Shown: one piece after another, positions 27,110 to 40,882 of the stretch
Layout of the letters: the number at the start of each line of letters is the position of its first letter
Numbering within the stretch: the first letter of the stretch is position 1
NCBI RefSeq assembly: GCF_000150275.1
Contig: NW_002060965.1
Location: forward strand, 825,834 to 889,833
DNA from: Trichoplax adhaerens
Lineage: Eukaryota; Animalia; Placozoa
Length of the DNA: 64,000 nt
Direction: 5' to 3'
Position numbers and translations under genes: made by a program
The notes under the pieces: model-generated
What the model was told of the DNA's origin: nothing
Databases searched by the model: none
What the model saw: the letters and a program-made list of their open reading frames with translations, nothing else

Positions 27110-30100
27110 TAAATATACTCATCCTACATGACAATGACTTAATTGGATTCTACTTTATTTTTCTTCTATACTCAAGTTCAATATTAGGATTAAGATTCAC
27201 AATATAACTTATTCTTAATCATGAGTTCTTTCAGTCGTGAATGATAATAAACACCTCGTTGATCAAATTTTAAATAGGTCGAAAAATGATATCATGAATG
27301 GTACATTAATTTCCAACAGCTTATGATGTCGTTGGAATGGAATCAATTTCATCGCTACTCAGGTTCAATATTAGGATTGAAACTCCTAACATAAATCTTT
27401 TGCCAATCAACCAAATTGGTCAACGATAAAATCATGAGGATAAACAATTGATTGACTCACTGTTGAACAGTGTAGATTATCCTTCATTCACTTGGATAAT
27501 TTACAATGTTTCAATAGCATTTTTTTTTTCTACGTTAATAATCAAGTTCAATGTTGGATTTAAAATTCTTCGCGTGCGTTAATTTATAATCGGCATAATC
27601 TGCCTGGGATAGCTATAAGAATAGAGCTAACAATTCATGAATTTATTGTACCGATATTTCTATCCTTCTGCGGTATTAATTCGGATCGTTTACAACAATT
27701 TCATTTGGCTCTACTCTCCATTTCTTCAAAGTTAACAAGTTTAATCCCTAGAATGTTATTATATACCATTATTTATGAACTGGCTACAGTACCGGTATTT
27801 AACGGTATATCATTTTCTCATCTACTCCGATATTTTACAAGGATTTTCTCATAGTTGATTTTGTCCAGTTTTCTTTAATGCTAAAGTTGAATATTAACAT
27901 CAAGATTTATAGGCCGTAATTTATTAACTCCCTATTTAATGATCTATCTTCCCTCATCTACTCTGATGGTTTACAATGATTTAATAGATTCTACCCTCTC
28001 TTTCCTCAATGCTAAAATTGAATATTAGGATCAAGGTTCATAGTATTTATCGTCTTGCTATTTAATGGTATATCGTCCTCATTAACCGTGATGGTTTACA
28101 ATGATTTAATTACTTTTACCCTCTTTTTCTCAATGCTAAAATTCAATATTAGTATTAAAATTCGTGCAATTCATCAATTTGCTGCTTTGTGGTATAGTCC
28201 TTTTTCATCCACTGCAGTGCTTACAATAATTTAATTGTTTCCAACCTTATTTTCTTCAATAGTAAAGTTCAACACTAGGGTTAAGATTGATGGGATAATA
28301 ATATGTTTCTAATCGACATGATTTAGAAAGGACAAGTGATGGGAACTCGTAAACAATTCGTGAATTTAATGAACGTTTAACCTTATATTTATCCCCTTCC
28401 ATTCGAATAGTTTATACAGATTTTAATTGGATTCCATTCTATTTTTTATTACTCAAGTTCAATATTAGGATTGCGAATCATAGCATAATTTATTTCCAAA
28501 GGAAGTAATTTGTCAGGAATTACTCATAAGTAAATAATAAACAGTTCATTAACTTACGTTTAAACAGCCTTCCTTCTGCTCTATTTGCACGCGTTGTTTA
28601 CAATTTTAAAATGATTTCCATGAAATCCATTTTATTTTCTTTAATATCTCGATACAATATCAGAATTAAATGCTTATAGTATCATTTATTTCTAGAATAG
28701 GCCAACTTGCCAAGGGAGAACTTATATGAGCATTTACTCGTTTAAGTTACTGCTTAACGGTATATCTTAATCCTAGATGCACTTGAAGGGTTTATAATGA
28801 TTCAGTTGGATTTTACTCCATTTTCTTCAATTTGAATATAAGAGTTAAAACCCTTGGTATAATTCATTTTGAATTAATGTGGCCCGATAAGGACAAGTCA
28901 AATGACCACCTTTGATGCTTTACGAACTCCGTGTTAATAGCCTATTTTACGCCTAGATTTATTTGCAGAAAAATGACAATGACTTAAATGGACACTACTC
29001 TCTTGGCATTCATATTCTAGTTCTATATTAGGGTTATGATTTATGACCTAATTAATTTTGCGTGATACAAACTGACATAACTGAATAAGTCATAAAAACA
29101 TCATTAGTGATTCATTGATTAATAAGACTATTTATTAGTGGCTTATGACTCACTGATTACTAAGATCACCCATTAACAGTTTACTACAGATAGTTTAATA
29201 TTTTAGCTTAGATCTACTTGCAGAATTGACAACAATTTAATTTGATTCTACTCTGTTGACTTTGATTTCCAAGGACTAATAAGATTCAAGGCCTGATTGA
29301 ATTTTAATCGATACAAAATGACAAGTCATAATAAGATCATTACCGATTTACTGAATCTGTGTTTCATTAATGGCTTACTTTAATTTACACGTACTTGTAG
29401 TATATGAGTGTGTAACAATAATTTCATCGGGCTCTACTCATTGACTTTAATGTTGAAGTTCTTTAGTAGGGTTAAGACTTATGATGTAATTGATTTTTAA
29501 TCGAAACAAGGATATGTCATCCGAATATGCTTGCTAAATATTTTTATCTCATGGCCTATTTTAACTGAAGATACGCGTACACTCATATTATTTACAACAG
29601 TTTATTAATAAGAGTCTACTCTACTGACTTAATTATTCAAGTTCTACCTTGAACGCGCTAGTATTAGGTTTCATGACATGGCTGATTAGCAATAGATATA
29701 AACGAACAATGTATAATAGACTTTTTTAGCCTAGATTTACTAGTAGAATTGACAAGGATTTTAATGGATTGTACTCTATTGACTTTAATATTCAAGTTCT
29801 ATATTACGGTTAAAATTTATGCCCTAATTGATTTTAATTAACGTAATCCAATAAAAATAAATCAGAAGAACATTATCAACAGCTCATTAATTTAATGCTT
29901 AGTTATATGTACTATAGCGTATATAAATATTACCGCGAGTAGTTGACAACGATTTTAATTGGATTCTACTCTATTTCAATTAATGCTAAGTTAAATATTA
30001 GCATTAATGCTCATAGCGTTGTTCATTAGCAATCAATATTGTTCTATCAGATTCATTAGAAGCCCACTTATTTTTTAACAGCTTAAGTCAAATATTAGGA

Positions 30101-30350
30101 TTATTACGCAGCTCATTATTAATCAATATCATCTGATAACCTTAAATCATAGGTATATTCGCGTACTAAGCATAACACGATCTAATAGTTTCATACTACG
30201 CTAAACAAATTTGCATACATTATGGCATTATGCCTAATTGGGTTCTACTATTATTTTCTTAATACTACAATTTCAATATTAAGATAAAGACTCATAGTGC
30301 AATTAATTTCTAATCGGCACCTTCCGATAAGTTATAAGAACGTTATAAAT
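27110..30350. repeat. Degenerate tandem array B, ~18-19 units of ~125-250 bp
   Basis: Recurring core 'ttacaatgatttaattggattctactct...ttcttcaat..tcaagttcaatattaggattaagattcatag' at ~27130, 27340, 27500, 27690, 27835, 27970, 28095, 28222, 28412, 28598, 28792, 28975, 29228, 29413, 29592, 29750, 29944 and 30235. Confidence 0.82.
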
Positions 30351-30419
30351 AATTCAATGACGGACTCTTTCATGATACTGTTTGTACTGAACAGTATATT
30401 AATGCTTTCCGAACACCAT

Positions 30420-30965
30420 TCTTGATGATCGCATAGCCCGTACTATCAAAGGAGTATAAGAAACTTGCAAACGTGTATTGAAAATAACTGATCATGACCG
30501 CAAACCATAAGGATAATTGCATAGCCGTAATGTACTATCAAAAGAGTATAAGAAACCTGTAAACATGCATTGAAATAACTGATCATGGTCGTAAACCATG
30601 ATTGGAGACTACATAGTCGCAGTGTACTTTCAAAGGACCACAAGTTAGCCTGCAAACATGCATTAAAAATAACATAACTGATCATGGCCGTAAACCATAA
30701 TTGATGATTGCATAGCCACAGTGTACTTTCAAAGGAGCATAAGAAACCTGCAAACATGTATTGAAAAATAACATAACTGATCATGACCGTGTACCGTAAT
30801 TGATGATTGCATAGCCACAGTATACTTTCAAAGGAACATAAGAAACCTGCATACATGTATTGAAAATAATGGATCAAGGCCGCAAATTATAACTGACGAT
30901 CGCATAGCCACAATACACTATCGAAGGAGCATAAGAAATCTGCAAACATGTATTGAAAATAACTA
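30420..30965. repeat. Tandem array C, ~6 units of ~90-99 bp, fairly homogeneous
   Basis: 'gcatagccacagtgtactttcaaaggagcataagaaacctgcaaacatgtattgaaaa..taactgatcatg' at ~30431, 30519, 30610, 30710, 30809 and 30902. Confidence 0.92.
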
Positions 30966-31093
30966 CTTTACAAGTAATCAACTACTAAGGTTTTCTTTCT
31001 CGTGATTGACTATCGTATGGTACCAGCTAGCTATTCTCTGATTGATCATTTTCCAGGCAATCGGTAGGTTAGCTAAAGCATCAAATTGTAAAA

Positions 31094-31460
31094 CATAATG
31101 GATGAAAGCAAAGGATTTAACTGTTCAGTAGGTGTCAAAACTGTATTACTGTATTTCCTTCTCATCATTGATTATAAATTAAGTAAAATATTCAATTGCA
31201 TCATCAGAATTATACAACGACTGAAATTTAATAGGATCTTTTTAATCATTTCTATCAAAAATGATATTGTATTGGCTTTGCTATTTCTTGCTTATCATTT
31301 ACTGTATAGTTAGTAGAACAGCTAAAATATCAGATTGTTCTTACATAATGGACGGAAAGCGAAGGATTTAACTACTCATTAAGTAACGAAACCGTCATTT
31401 CTTTCTCATGGAGTATAAATTAAGCAGAATGTTCAATTACTGTATCAGAATTATACATTA
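31094..31460. repeat. Direct repeat, two degenerate copies of ~120 bp, 250 bp apart
   Basis: 'cataatgga..gaaagc.aaggatttaact...tataaattaag.a.aat.ttcaatt....atcagaattataca' at ~31094 and ~31344. Confidence 0.8.
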
Positions 31461-32599
31461 GCTGAAATAATTCGGTAATAGAACAGACTCACAAACTAAG
31501 AACGATTCTCAAGATATCATTGAGTTTACTATTAAGGTTAATAAGTATAATAAATCGTGATACTTTCATACTATTTATTTATCATAAGATATATTATAGC
31601 CCAAGCACTATAATCGATAACATTTTAGCCTTATCTAAAATTTTATACCTCTAATTCTTTTTATCTATCTTCGAATAGCATCTAAACTGATTAATACTTT
31701 ACTCGAAAGAGTGAATTTACAACATATGTTAACGCAGTATATCCAAATTAGAGCAATAAACACGACAATTTCTTTTAATCTCAATATTTAATTATAAAAT
31801 GTAATTTTTATTAATCAAGTTAGTGTTATAAGCGATATTAATGTTATAAAGTATTCAAGTATTGCCAATTAATACCGTCAGGAATAAAGTAAAGTTAATA
31901 AATATTCAATGGAGTACTATTTACTTAAATTTTAAAAGTGGTATAAAAACTATGTAACTACAGCAAATTACATTATTTAATCTAGTTTTACGCGTAGATT
32001 TAAGCTATAATTGAATAAGATTTTATAAATAGAATAGAAATCAAAGCTTTAGTCTACTATAGATTAACCACATAAATCAAGTAGTATCATATAGTTGGTC
32101 AGTTTTAGATTCTAGTAACGTATTTAACCCGGTTGATTTGCAGAACAGTAATAGCTGTTCTAGTTAAGGCTTTTTCATGATTCATTGCACACAACAGCTA
32201 TACCAAATATTTGAAATAATCAATCTTTCTGAATTTGTTTCATTTCTACCGATTTTAGTTAAATTACTATTCTAGTTAGAGCTTAAGATAGGCGGTCATT
32301 GGGATAAGTAAAATCATACCATACTGTCGGTATGGACCACAATTACTCTAATCTATATCTGCTTGAACTTTTACAAGTATTTTAATTCGTCTTCATGAAA
32401 TCATACAGCCTGCGTTAATCATAACTGCTTTTCATTCTATTTATACAATGCATCAAGAATAAATTATATAAATATATATCCTTTCGTCATTTTGATATTA
32501 ATATGGGAAGCAAATAAAAATGTTATTACTTTACTACTAAGATGGAAATATGAAAATAATGTTTTTACTTTTATACCCAATAGAAAAGATAATTGTCCA

Positions 32600-33030
32600 G
32601 AATTTTACTAATACGGAGTGTGCATAACTTACTGTTGGAAGGGATTTTTAATGACTAACAAAATTGATAGCAATTGCACCTTAATTAATCACGATGATTA
32701 ACCACGTAAAATATCAGATCAGCATTGTCCTATATGGACATGAAGTTCTACTTGGACACAAGCTAATTTAAAATAGTGTAATCTTCCTTATTTGTTCTGT
32801 AGAACCTCAACAGCGATTGTATCATAATCACTGTTATTAATTAATGCTATTAACTGCATAGGATATCGAATTGGCAATGACCTAGTCCATTTCGTTGTCA
32901 TTAAACGTAAGTTAATTTAAGATGGTGTAATCTTTCTTGTTCCAATAGTCCATTGAGGGAATCTGCAACGATTGCATGATCATTGCTATCATTAACCGCC
33001 CGAGATATCCAATTAGTGCGGCCTATACCC
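32600..33030 (-). repeat. Up to three decaying tandem copies (~150 bp period) of the last ~42 codons of paralog 2, downstream of its stop codon
   Basis: 33023-32901 translates to GRTNWISRAVNDSNDHAIVADSLNGLLEQERLHHLKLTYV*, versus the native GNAYSISRAVDHRDSGAIVADFINEPLEQERLCHPKLTYVQV*. The next copy ends RLHYFKLACVQV. Confidence 0.85.
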
Positions 33031-33048
33031 GGATAGACTGATATTTAG

Positions 33049-34956
33049 TTATACTTGCACATAAGTCAGTTTTGGATGGCATAATCTTTCTTGCTCCAGT
33101 GGTTCATTAATGAAATCTGCCACGATTGCACCAGAATCTCTATGATCAACAGCACGAGATATCGAATAAGCATTGCCCTCATTAATTATCTTAAGTAAAT
33201 CACTCGAGTAATAAGCAATAGCATCAAACTGATTCATTTTCCATATGCCGTTTGGTGCGGCAGAGTTGTGCCTACATCGTTCCTGGAAAGGAATAGGTAA
33301 ATAAAATGATTTTCTCCTTATGGATCTTTTTCTAACATTATCCAATAAATCGTCTGGTAATTGTAATTTGATATCATAATGTAAAACTATTGATTCAAGG
33401 TCAACGATACGTGATATAACACCTTCTAATCCAGCTAACAAGGTATAATTGCAATAAGGACTAAGTTGGATGATCTCATGTCGGATGAATAAGCTTCGTT
33501 TTAGAATCTCTTTAATCGCTGGATGGATTATTTTGCAATCAATTATGTACAATTTAAAGAAACTATCACGGCTGCTGTTGTAATATTGATTCAGTCGATG
33601 GACAAAGTTGGTAAATAACAAATTAAAAGTCGGACCATAATGTCGATGGTCAAGCATTAAGACTATATTAACATTAGTTGTTGGATCCCATTGTAGATCA
33701 CTCAATTGACATAATGTTTGTAAATGCGAAGAGTAAAATAAGTACTCAGAGACTCGCCAAATTCGTTGATTTACTTTCGATTGGATGACTAAGTCAACCA
33801 AGTAACGTTTCCCTCTTTGTTGATCAATTTTTTCTTCTATCCCGACAATTTTGAGCAACTTATATTGATGCTCTGCTTCATGTTGATTCAATTTATACAT
33901 AAACTGATTGGCAATTTGATGAGCTAATCCTGGATCGAGTAATCGATTACAATGAATAATATGGTCGCCATATTGAGTCATGACAGTAAATTTTCCATAA
34001 ATGCTGTACGGCACTGTAAGTAGAAATTGCATTAGTTGACGATATCGACCGCGAAATCTTTTGCTAGCGATGACATAGCTAGGATTGCCATAAGTTGACG
34101 CAGGTAATGCACCAGTAAGAAAATGTCGTGGCAAAAATGGCAAGGTATGATATCGACTTGAATAGCTGGCAGGATCGTTATTGCTTGCAAAATCAATCGA
34201 TTTCTGCTTAGCTGGTTCTTGTTTCTGTGGTAAATATTTCGAGGAAGATTTATCTATCGTAGACGGTAAAAGGTAATTGTTTGGATCTGGCATAGAGATA
34301 GAATTTCCCTGGATAGGTAGGTAACTACTCTCAGTTTTATTACGAAATTGATATTTCCAACGGAGTTGAATTAATCCTTCAGGTGCAATCATGGTATATA
34401 AGACTTGAATATAATATTTACCAGGTGCAGTTAGCTTCATTTTTTGAGATTCTATCGATGGATAATGATTAATAGAGTGCTTTTCCTGTTGCTTAGCTGA
34501 TTCTTTCGATTGATCATGGTATAGAATTCTAGCTGCATTGGAAGGATTTTTGTTTGTGCTAATCCATAATTCTGCTTTGCCATCGGTTGTCAGTGAAAAA
34601 GTATAATCACTAGTCACAGGTGGATGAATAAATCCAATAATCTTCTGACCATAGCTAGTTCCCACCCCTTGCCATTGAAATTGTTGGATAGAGAAACAAG
34701 TGGTAGGATGTAATGGAAAAGAATGTAATTGACGTAAATCGCTGATATTATTAACGCAATTACTATTAAATTCATAATTCCATTGGTGAACACACAAATG
34801 GCCTATGCTAGATCCGGTCAAGTTTCTCCGCTTACATTGGATGCCTACGATGTATTTTAGAATGGATTTGGATGGATTTTGACGAAAATAGATGAGAACT
34901 GTGTTGAGAATCGATATAACAATGGCAATAAATACACAGAGTCCAAGAAATTTCAT
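33049..34956 (-). CDS. B4GALNT3/4-like PA14 + GT7/CHGN paralog 2; probable pseudoenzyme
   Basis: 635-aa single-exon ORF with a TM. PA14 region 'YGQKIIGFIHPP..TTDGKAELWIS' and 'EEKIDQQRGKRYLVD' are present. YDIKLQLP replaces DLH and WGGED is absent. It ends ERLCHPKLTYVQV. Confidence 0.87.
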   Translation of the reverse strand: MKFLGLCVFIAIVISILNTVLIYFRQNPSKSILKYIVGIQCKRRNLTGSSIGHLCVHQWNYEFNSNCVNNISDLRQLHSFPLHPTTCFSIQQFQWQGVGTSYGQKIIGFIHPPVTSDYTFSLTTDGKAELWISTNKNPSNAARILYHDQSKESAKQQEKHSINHYPSIESQKMKLTAPGKYYIQVLYTMIAPEGLIQLRWKYQFRNKTESSYLPIQGNSISMPDPNNYLLPSTIDKSSSKYLPQKQEPAKQKSIDFASNNDPASYSSRYHTLPFLPRHFLTGALPASTYGNPSYVIASKRFRGRYRQLMQFLLTVPYSIYGKFTVMTQYGDHIIHCNRLLDPGLAHQIANQFMYKLNQHEAEHQYKLLKIVGIEEKIDQQRGKRYLVDLVIQSKVNQRIWRVSEYLFYSSHLQTLCQLSDLQWDPTTNVNIVLMLDHRHYGPTFNLLFTNFVHRLNQYYNSSRDSFFKLYIIDCKIIHPAIKEILKRSLFIRHEIIQLSPYCNYTLLAGLEGVISRIVDLESIVLHYDIKLQLPDDLLDNVRKRSIRRKSFYLPIPFQERCRHNSAAPNGIWKMNQFDAIAYYSSDLLKIINEGNAYSISRAVDHRDSGAIVADFINEPLEQERLCHPKLTYVQV

Positions 34957-37849
34957 GACTTGGCCATTTAAGGATCACTGATCAGAATATCTAATCTGAT
35001 TATTCCGGATAGTGTTTCATATCCACTTTTAATAGGAAATTCAGAAAGATTGTTTTAATTGTATTAGTTAGTAATTCCAGTTGAGTTATGTGTCTTTGTG
35101 ATCTTAGTTGGGCTCTTTAGGGGATATTTGTCCAATTCTGCTATATAGATTTTATAAGGCTACAACATCAATCCTAGAAGATGATTTTTAGAAACTATCA
35201 TTAAATCGTATTAAGAGATATACTTTATTAACATTTTACTGTAGGAATAACCCTTCAAGCCATTGTTCTCCCCTTAAATGTTCAAAGGGGTTATGGTAAC
35301 AGCAAAAGCGGAATTGAAAGTTATTTTTTTAGACTATTTCGTTCGCTTCTTCCGTTGGCGCATCTGCATTAAATCACCAAGTACTGCCTTAAATAAAGGA
35401 GAAAGAATATGGCTACCTGTATACTACTGTATCATCACAATCTAATTTTAAGCATGTACAGTATATAAAAAAGTGCATCAAATATTCCTAATTGTATGTT
35501 GCGTAGACCATAAATAAGGTTAAAACTGGACATGTACGAGTATACTCGAAATGTGTCGCGATTTGCCTTTAAAATGTCTATTGATCATTAATGTCACTGA
35601 AAGTAGACATAAAGTAGACATGAGAATTATATCTATCGACAAAAAGTAATTTTTTAGCTAGACTCGTGGCTTAACTGCGTTAAATATGCAGCACATGCAT
35701 TAATAGTTTAATCGAAAATCGAAATTGCCATTTCTAATTTAATGTAGCATTGACGATTAGCAAATGTTTCACTGCTGCAAGAGAAACAACTCTCATTCAC
35801 TCTTAAAAAGTCGACGAAAAGAAGCTATCTTTAGCCTCTTTGCTTAACTTAGCCTTACTTTACCAGCCATGAACCCCTTATGGAGACATAATATCTACTG
35901 CGGGTAGTGTCTTCGCAGCATCATTTCAAGCACGTATAGGTTGAAAATAGCGTATCTAACATTCCTAAATGATCTATGCATCGATCGTAAGCTTAAATTC
36001 GTACATTTCTATTAAATAGTCTAAGGGATGAGTGACGTTATTTTAAAATCGGTGGAAAGTACCGTACTGCAATTAACCTATTGAATTAATTTTATTTAGC
36101 TTCTCTAGGCCTTCTAAAATTGACGACTTCGACACTATTTAGGATTTAGGTCCATCAATAATAATAAAATATAAGCTAATTTGATGCAAGTATATATAGA
36201 AAAATCACGTTTATCATTTCTAAATCTTCTATTGTAAGGAATGTAAGCAAGTTTGAGGATGGACATGCTACTAAGGGATTAGAATGGATATCCATTCTCA
36301 CAAGTAAAAATATTGGATGGAATTATTGAAGCATAAATGTTAGGGTGGCCTTGAGAGCTCTCTTTAAATCGAATTACAGTTTTTAAACATTCCTCCTTCA
36401 TAGGGTTCATTTAGCTTTGTTGAATCGATTTCAGCATAAATAGAGCAATAATGTAAAATCATTTCTAGTAATATCATTGCCAGCTAATTTCATGCATCAA
36501 TCCTAAATCACATGTTGCACTTAGCGTAAACAAGATTAAAATTAATTTCTTGGAAATGGATATTTGTGTTGACGAGAAAAAAATTAAGCGGGACCATGTT
36601 AATGGAGAAATAGACTAGAGAGTTATTGAAATCGCTTGAGATTCTAATAGTAGCTTGTTCTTTAGTATTGGTAGTGATATTTCGAGGTAAGATTTACGTC
36701 TACCGTAACTGTATGAAATGGATCATCCATTCGATTTAACATGAACTAGAGCTATATCAGCTATTTTCCCTGTATTTTAGCAATATGAAATGTATCCATG
36801 GATAGAGTTATGACATATGGGAATGAAAGCTATAATTTATTGCAGGTACTAATAGTCATTAATTGGTGATTAAAGTATAATATAGACCATTAATCTGAAA
36901 ACAATATAGTTCAAGGAAAGGCCTCTGACATAAAAATGGCAATGTTTTTAATTCACCATTAGTTTTAAAAGAAAATGATCAAAAATTTCACGGTGATAAC
37001 ATAAAATTCAGTTTAGCTTTAGATTTTACCTGATTGAAACTATGGTAGCAGTTACCCTACTGATGGACCAAAAGAAATTTTGATTTTTCTTGCAATTAAC
37101 ACTGGCTTGGAAGAACTTTGTGACAAACTGGAAAGAAAGGGAGTCAACTGGAATCGATAGGTGTTTTGATTCCGTTTCTGGATTCTACAGTCCTTTCCAT
37201 CCTTACTATTAAACAATTTTAAACTAGTTTACCAAGCTGTCTTGTCAATTTTACCATAATAATAGCTGGATTGCATGATAAGAATGTCAGTAACATGCTT
37301 CGACTGCCTCTTACTTTATGAATAACAATTGATAGCTTGGAGCAACATTTTCGCTCTATTGTGACTTTCATCTTCAACACTATACCAACGTCAATCAATT
37401 AATGGCGGTACGGCATATTAATTTTAACTGAGAAAAAATTGCTTCTGTTTTTCAATTTATCGTCAATACTTAATTTATCCTATCCACTTGTGCAGTAATG
37501 CTCTTCTAGCAAGCAGTATCGTCTTGAAGAAGGATAAGCAGTCGCCATTACCAGCCCTAATAGTTTAATTTAATAATTTCGACATTGTACATTACCAATT
37601 ATCGTGATTTAGATACCTTCATTTGAGCTACATTATATTGTTCTCTTAATAATGAGAATAATTCATGGCTAAAAGGTAAAAAATGACGCAACAAGTTACC
37701 TTTCTTCTTCTTATGCTCTACCTTTTCAGCTACTGCCATATTGTTGGCATGACTAGCATTCTGTATAGAATATGGACATGTTGAGCGAAATAATCTGTTT
37801 ATTAAAGGACAACGGAAATCAATTTAAGACTATCCTTAATAACAAATAA

Positions 37850-38560
37850 ACTAGCTAGTGATTGATTGCTAGTAGAATCATCATAATATGTTATCGCATG
37901 CTAATGATGTTATTTTGTGATGATAATGCAATTTTACATTTTTACTCGATATTGGGCCATAGCAAGTGATAATTGAGCCGAAATAACAACAACATCAAAG
38001 GTTTGAATTATGGCCATTCTCATTCTTGACTTGGTGAAGCAGAATCAACAGTTATATCTTTCCATAATAATTATAATGCTGGTTTTTACTGCAGGTTTTA
38101 CTTGATATCGGATTGTAGTAAGTGATCGATTAAGCAGAAATGGGCAATAAGTACGAATGAAAACATTGATTGATGGATCGTAAATATTCGTAACTGATCA
38201 AATAAAGTAATCGGTTGCTAATAGAAATCATCATAATATTATTACGTTAATTAAATCCTTCCATGATGATCTGGTAGTTGTTCATTTTTTGCCTGATACT
38301 GGGCTATGAAAAATAATTAGATGAATTGAGATAATAATAAACTATATTGAGAATAACAATCTATCGTAGTTTATTCGTAGTTTTATGAAACTGAATGATT
38401 AGTTATGAATAGGGATCGCGATAATACTCGTATTTTCCAACACTAATCATACCATTTGGTTGTAATAGCGTTATTCCAGATTTTCATTTGTTATTGAATT
38501 ACGGTTTGTTTCGTATGGAATGAATTGAATAAAAATGGCAATAAACAATAATAGGAGTAC
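37850..38560. repeat. Degenerate direct duplication, ~350-380 bp period
   Basis: Collinear shared blocks: 'ttgcta.tagaa.tcatcataatat' (37866/38215), 'gata.tgggc.at' (37947/38295) and 'aaatg.gcaataa' (38138/38533). Confidence 0.65.
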
Positions 38561-40882
38561 CAGTTCATCGTATTTATTAGCTGCTTAGTGAAGTGGATTA
38601 AAAACAGATTGACATCTATAGCATGCGAATCAACCTACGAAGTAGCATATTCCAGAAGCGTATTCGTTGCCTACTAATGCAATTACAGTTTTAAGTAAAA
38701 TAAGTTCAGAACGGTTAATAAAGTTTCTGAAAATTATAGAAAGTAAATTTGTTTTGTTATCAGTAGAATGGAGTTGGCAGGGGAACGTTAGCAGCAATAA
38801 TAAAATAATTTAATTACAACTACTTGCGGATACTTGCAGATACACTCATCTCGTGTACATCGCATTAGTCAGTTATTGATGAGATTCTATACATATACGT
38901 ATAGATGATGGTATTAGCGCCTTAATAATTATTATAATTAATTCATTCATTAATTACTTTCTTCAAAAGTCCAAAGTCCAGAATTTTCACGCTTTGATGT
39001 TATAATGCGAAGCATGAATAAATGCTATTAATGAAAGTCATCATTTACTATAGGCATAGAATACAGATACACTTAACTACCAGATAGTACAGGTAAACAA
39101 TCCAAATAGTATTGGCAAAATAATTACAGTTGCTTGATGCTTTATAATGTTAGCCTACGTATATTAATTATCAAAAGTCAGATGAATCATTCGCACGGGA
39201 AGATGTGCAGGTTCAGTTAGTAATAAATAAATGATTTGGGCTATTGCCTTGACTCACATACTGTAGTAGGTATATCATGAGATCAGCAGAAGCTATATGA
39301 ATCTTTCGAAAAAATTTTGTTTAAACTAAGTAATAATAGTTAGTAGTTCTCAAATACAATCACTATATACGTTTGCCATTTGCAATAAATTTCAATAGTG
39401 CGATTGTAGTATGTGACTATATCAGACAGATAATTATAGTGAGAGTATACTGTAATATTGTTAAGTTACTGCAAATTCTTAGTGTATGGTGTGATATACA
39501 ATTCTAATTGCAGCTTTGAAATACCTATGTGGTAATAAATGACCGGTAGAATATACGGGAATTTTATCAGATAATTGTATCTAATTAACTAACGGTAAAT
39601 AATATTTCTCAAGTAGTTTATCTACCAGGGCTATACTAACATTCAACGTTTTAATTAATTACAGTCTTCTTCTCTTGCAGATCTACTAACGTTCTTGGAT
39701 CTGACCAAGTTAACTACATTAACGATGGTCTTGCATAGCCAGTTAGAAAGTAAGGTGTAGATCGAAAGTATTTATGGGCCATAAAGTGTAACGTCAATAT
39801 AGGACGTTTAATGGACTGATTTCTGTTACAATAACGCCTGACATTCCAAATTTCCAGCTTTAAATTAGATTAGGTTTTATTGCTGGTAAGATAAGGCGCT
39901 AACACAGGATAAATTTTTCATATGTTACACTGCCACGAATACAGTTACACAAGCATAAATAAATCAACAAAAATTTTCAACTTGCAATGTCAATAACCAA
40001 TTACTAGTTTTCAAAACATATCTTTTTTGATACACTGATCAGCAGATTAATTAAATAAGACAAAATAAATTTTTAATACTGAAATAGACACTGCATTTAT
40101 CAGTCTGCCAAATATTCGAAAACTATTTCATCATTAATTGGGGAGTTGGGTATACTTTTCAGTCTGATGTTCTGAATCCATTGTAGGCTAAATTATAATT
40201 CATAAGAATATTGCTATAACCATCTTTTCTGTTCCGCTACAGTTGCTAGCCGTCATTATTAAGATCAATTAAGCATTTTAGCATTTTTTTAATTTAAAGA
40301 GATTGTACTATATTGGTATTTATAAGGTTTGTACGAATATGGAACAATCAATCATTCAGATTTGAGTCGTGTCTTGATATAATTGATATATATTGAAATT
40401 TTAAACTACAAAAATGAATATTTTAAGAGTGTTAGTGTGCTATAGGTATAAGATAATTTTGATGATAAATCGATGCTGTGAAAAAATTGTAAGTTTAACA
40501 AAGTCTATGCTCCCGATTAAAGGAAACAAATCAAAAAATTTGCTAAAAGAACTGAACCAACCGCCTAGGATGATATCACTGGTGTTATCATTAATATAAC
40601 CAATGTCATTCCGATCTGATCAATTTAATAATAAGCTATTCTGATAAATTCATAGAGTAGTCAAGAAAATGTTACAGTGACTCTTATGCTTTATCATGAA
40701 CAAAATGAGAAGTAAAAAAATTGTGAATTGTAGACGAATAGCGGTTGAATACAGTATTAATAAAAATATTTACAATGATGTCGTAGAAAATGGAATGAAA
40801 AGCTATGATGAGGAAATGACCAATACGTATGTAGACGATACAACCAATTTACACTTTCATCCATATGAGAATTATATGTTTT

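Noticed and set aside
30446-30877. 143-aa repetitive ORF on the minus strand
   Set aside because: It is a by-product of tandem array C. There is no recognisable domain and unit lengths are not consistently multiples of three.
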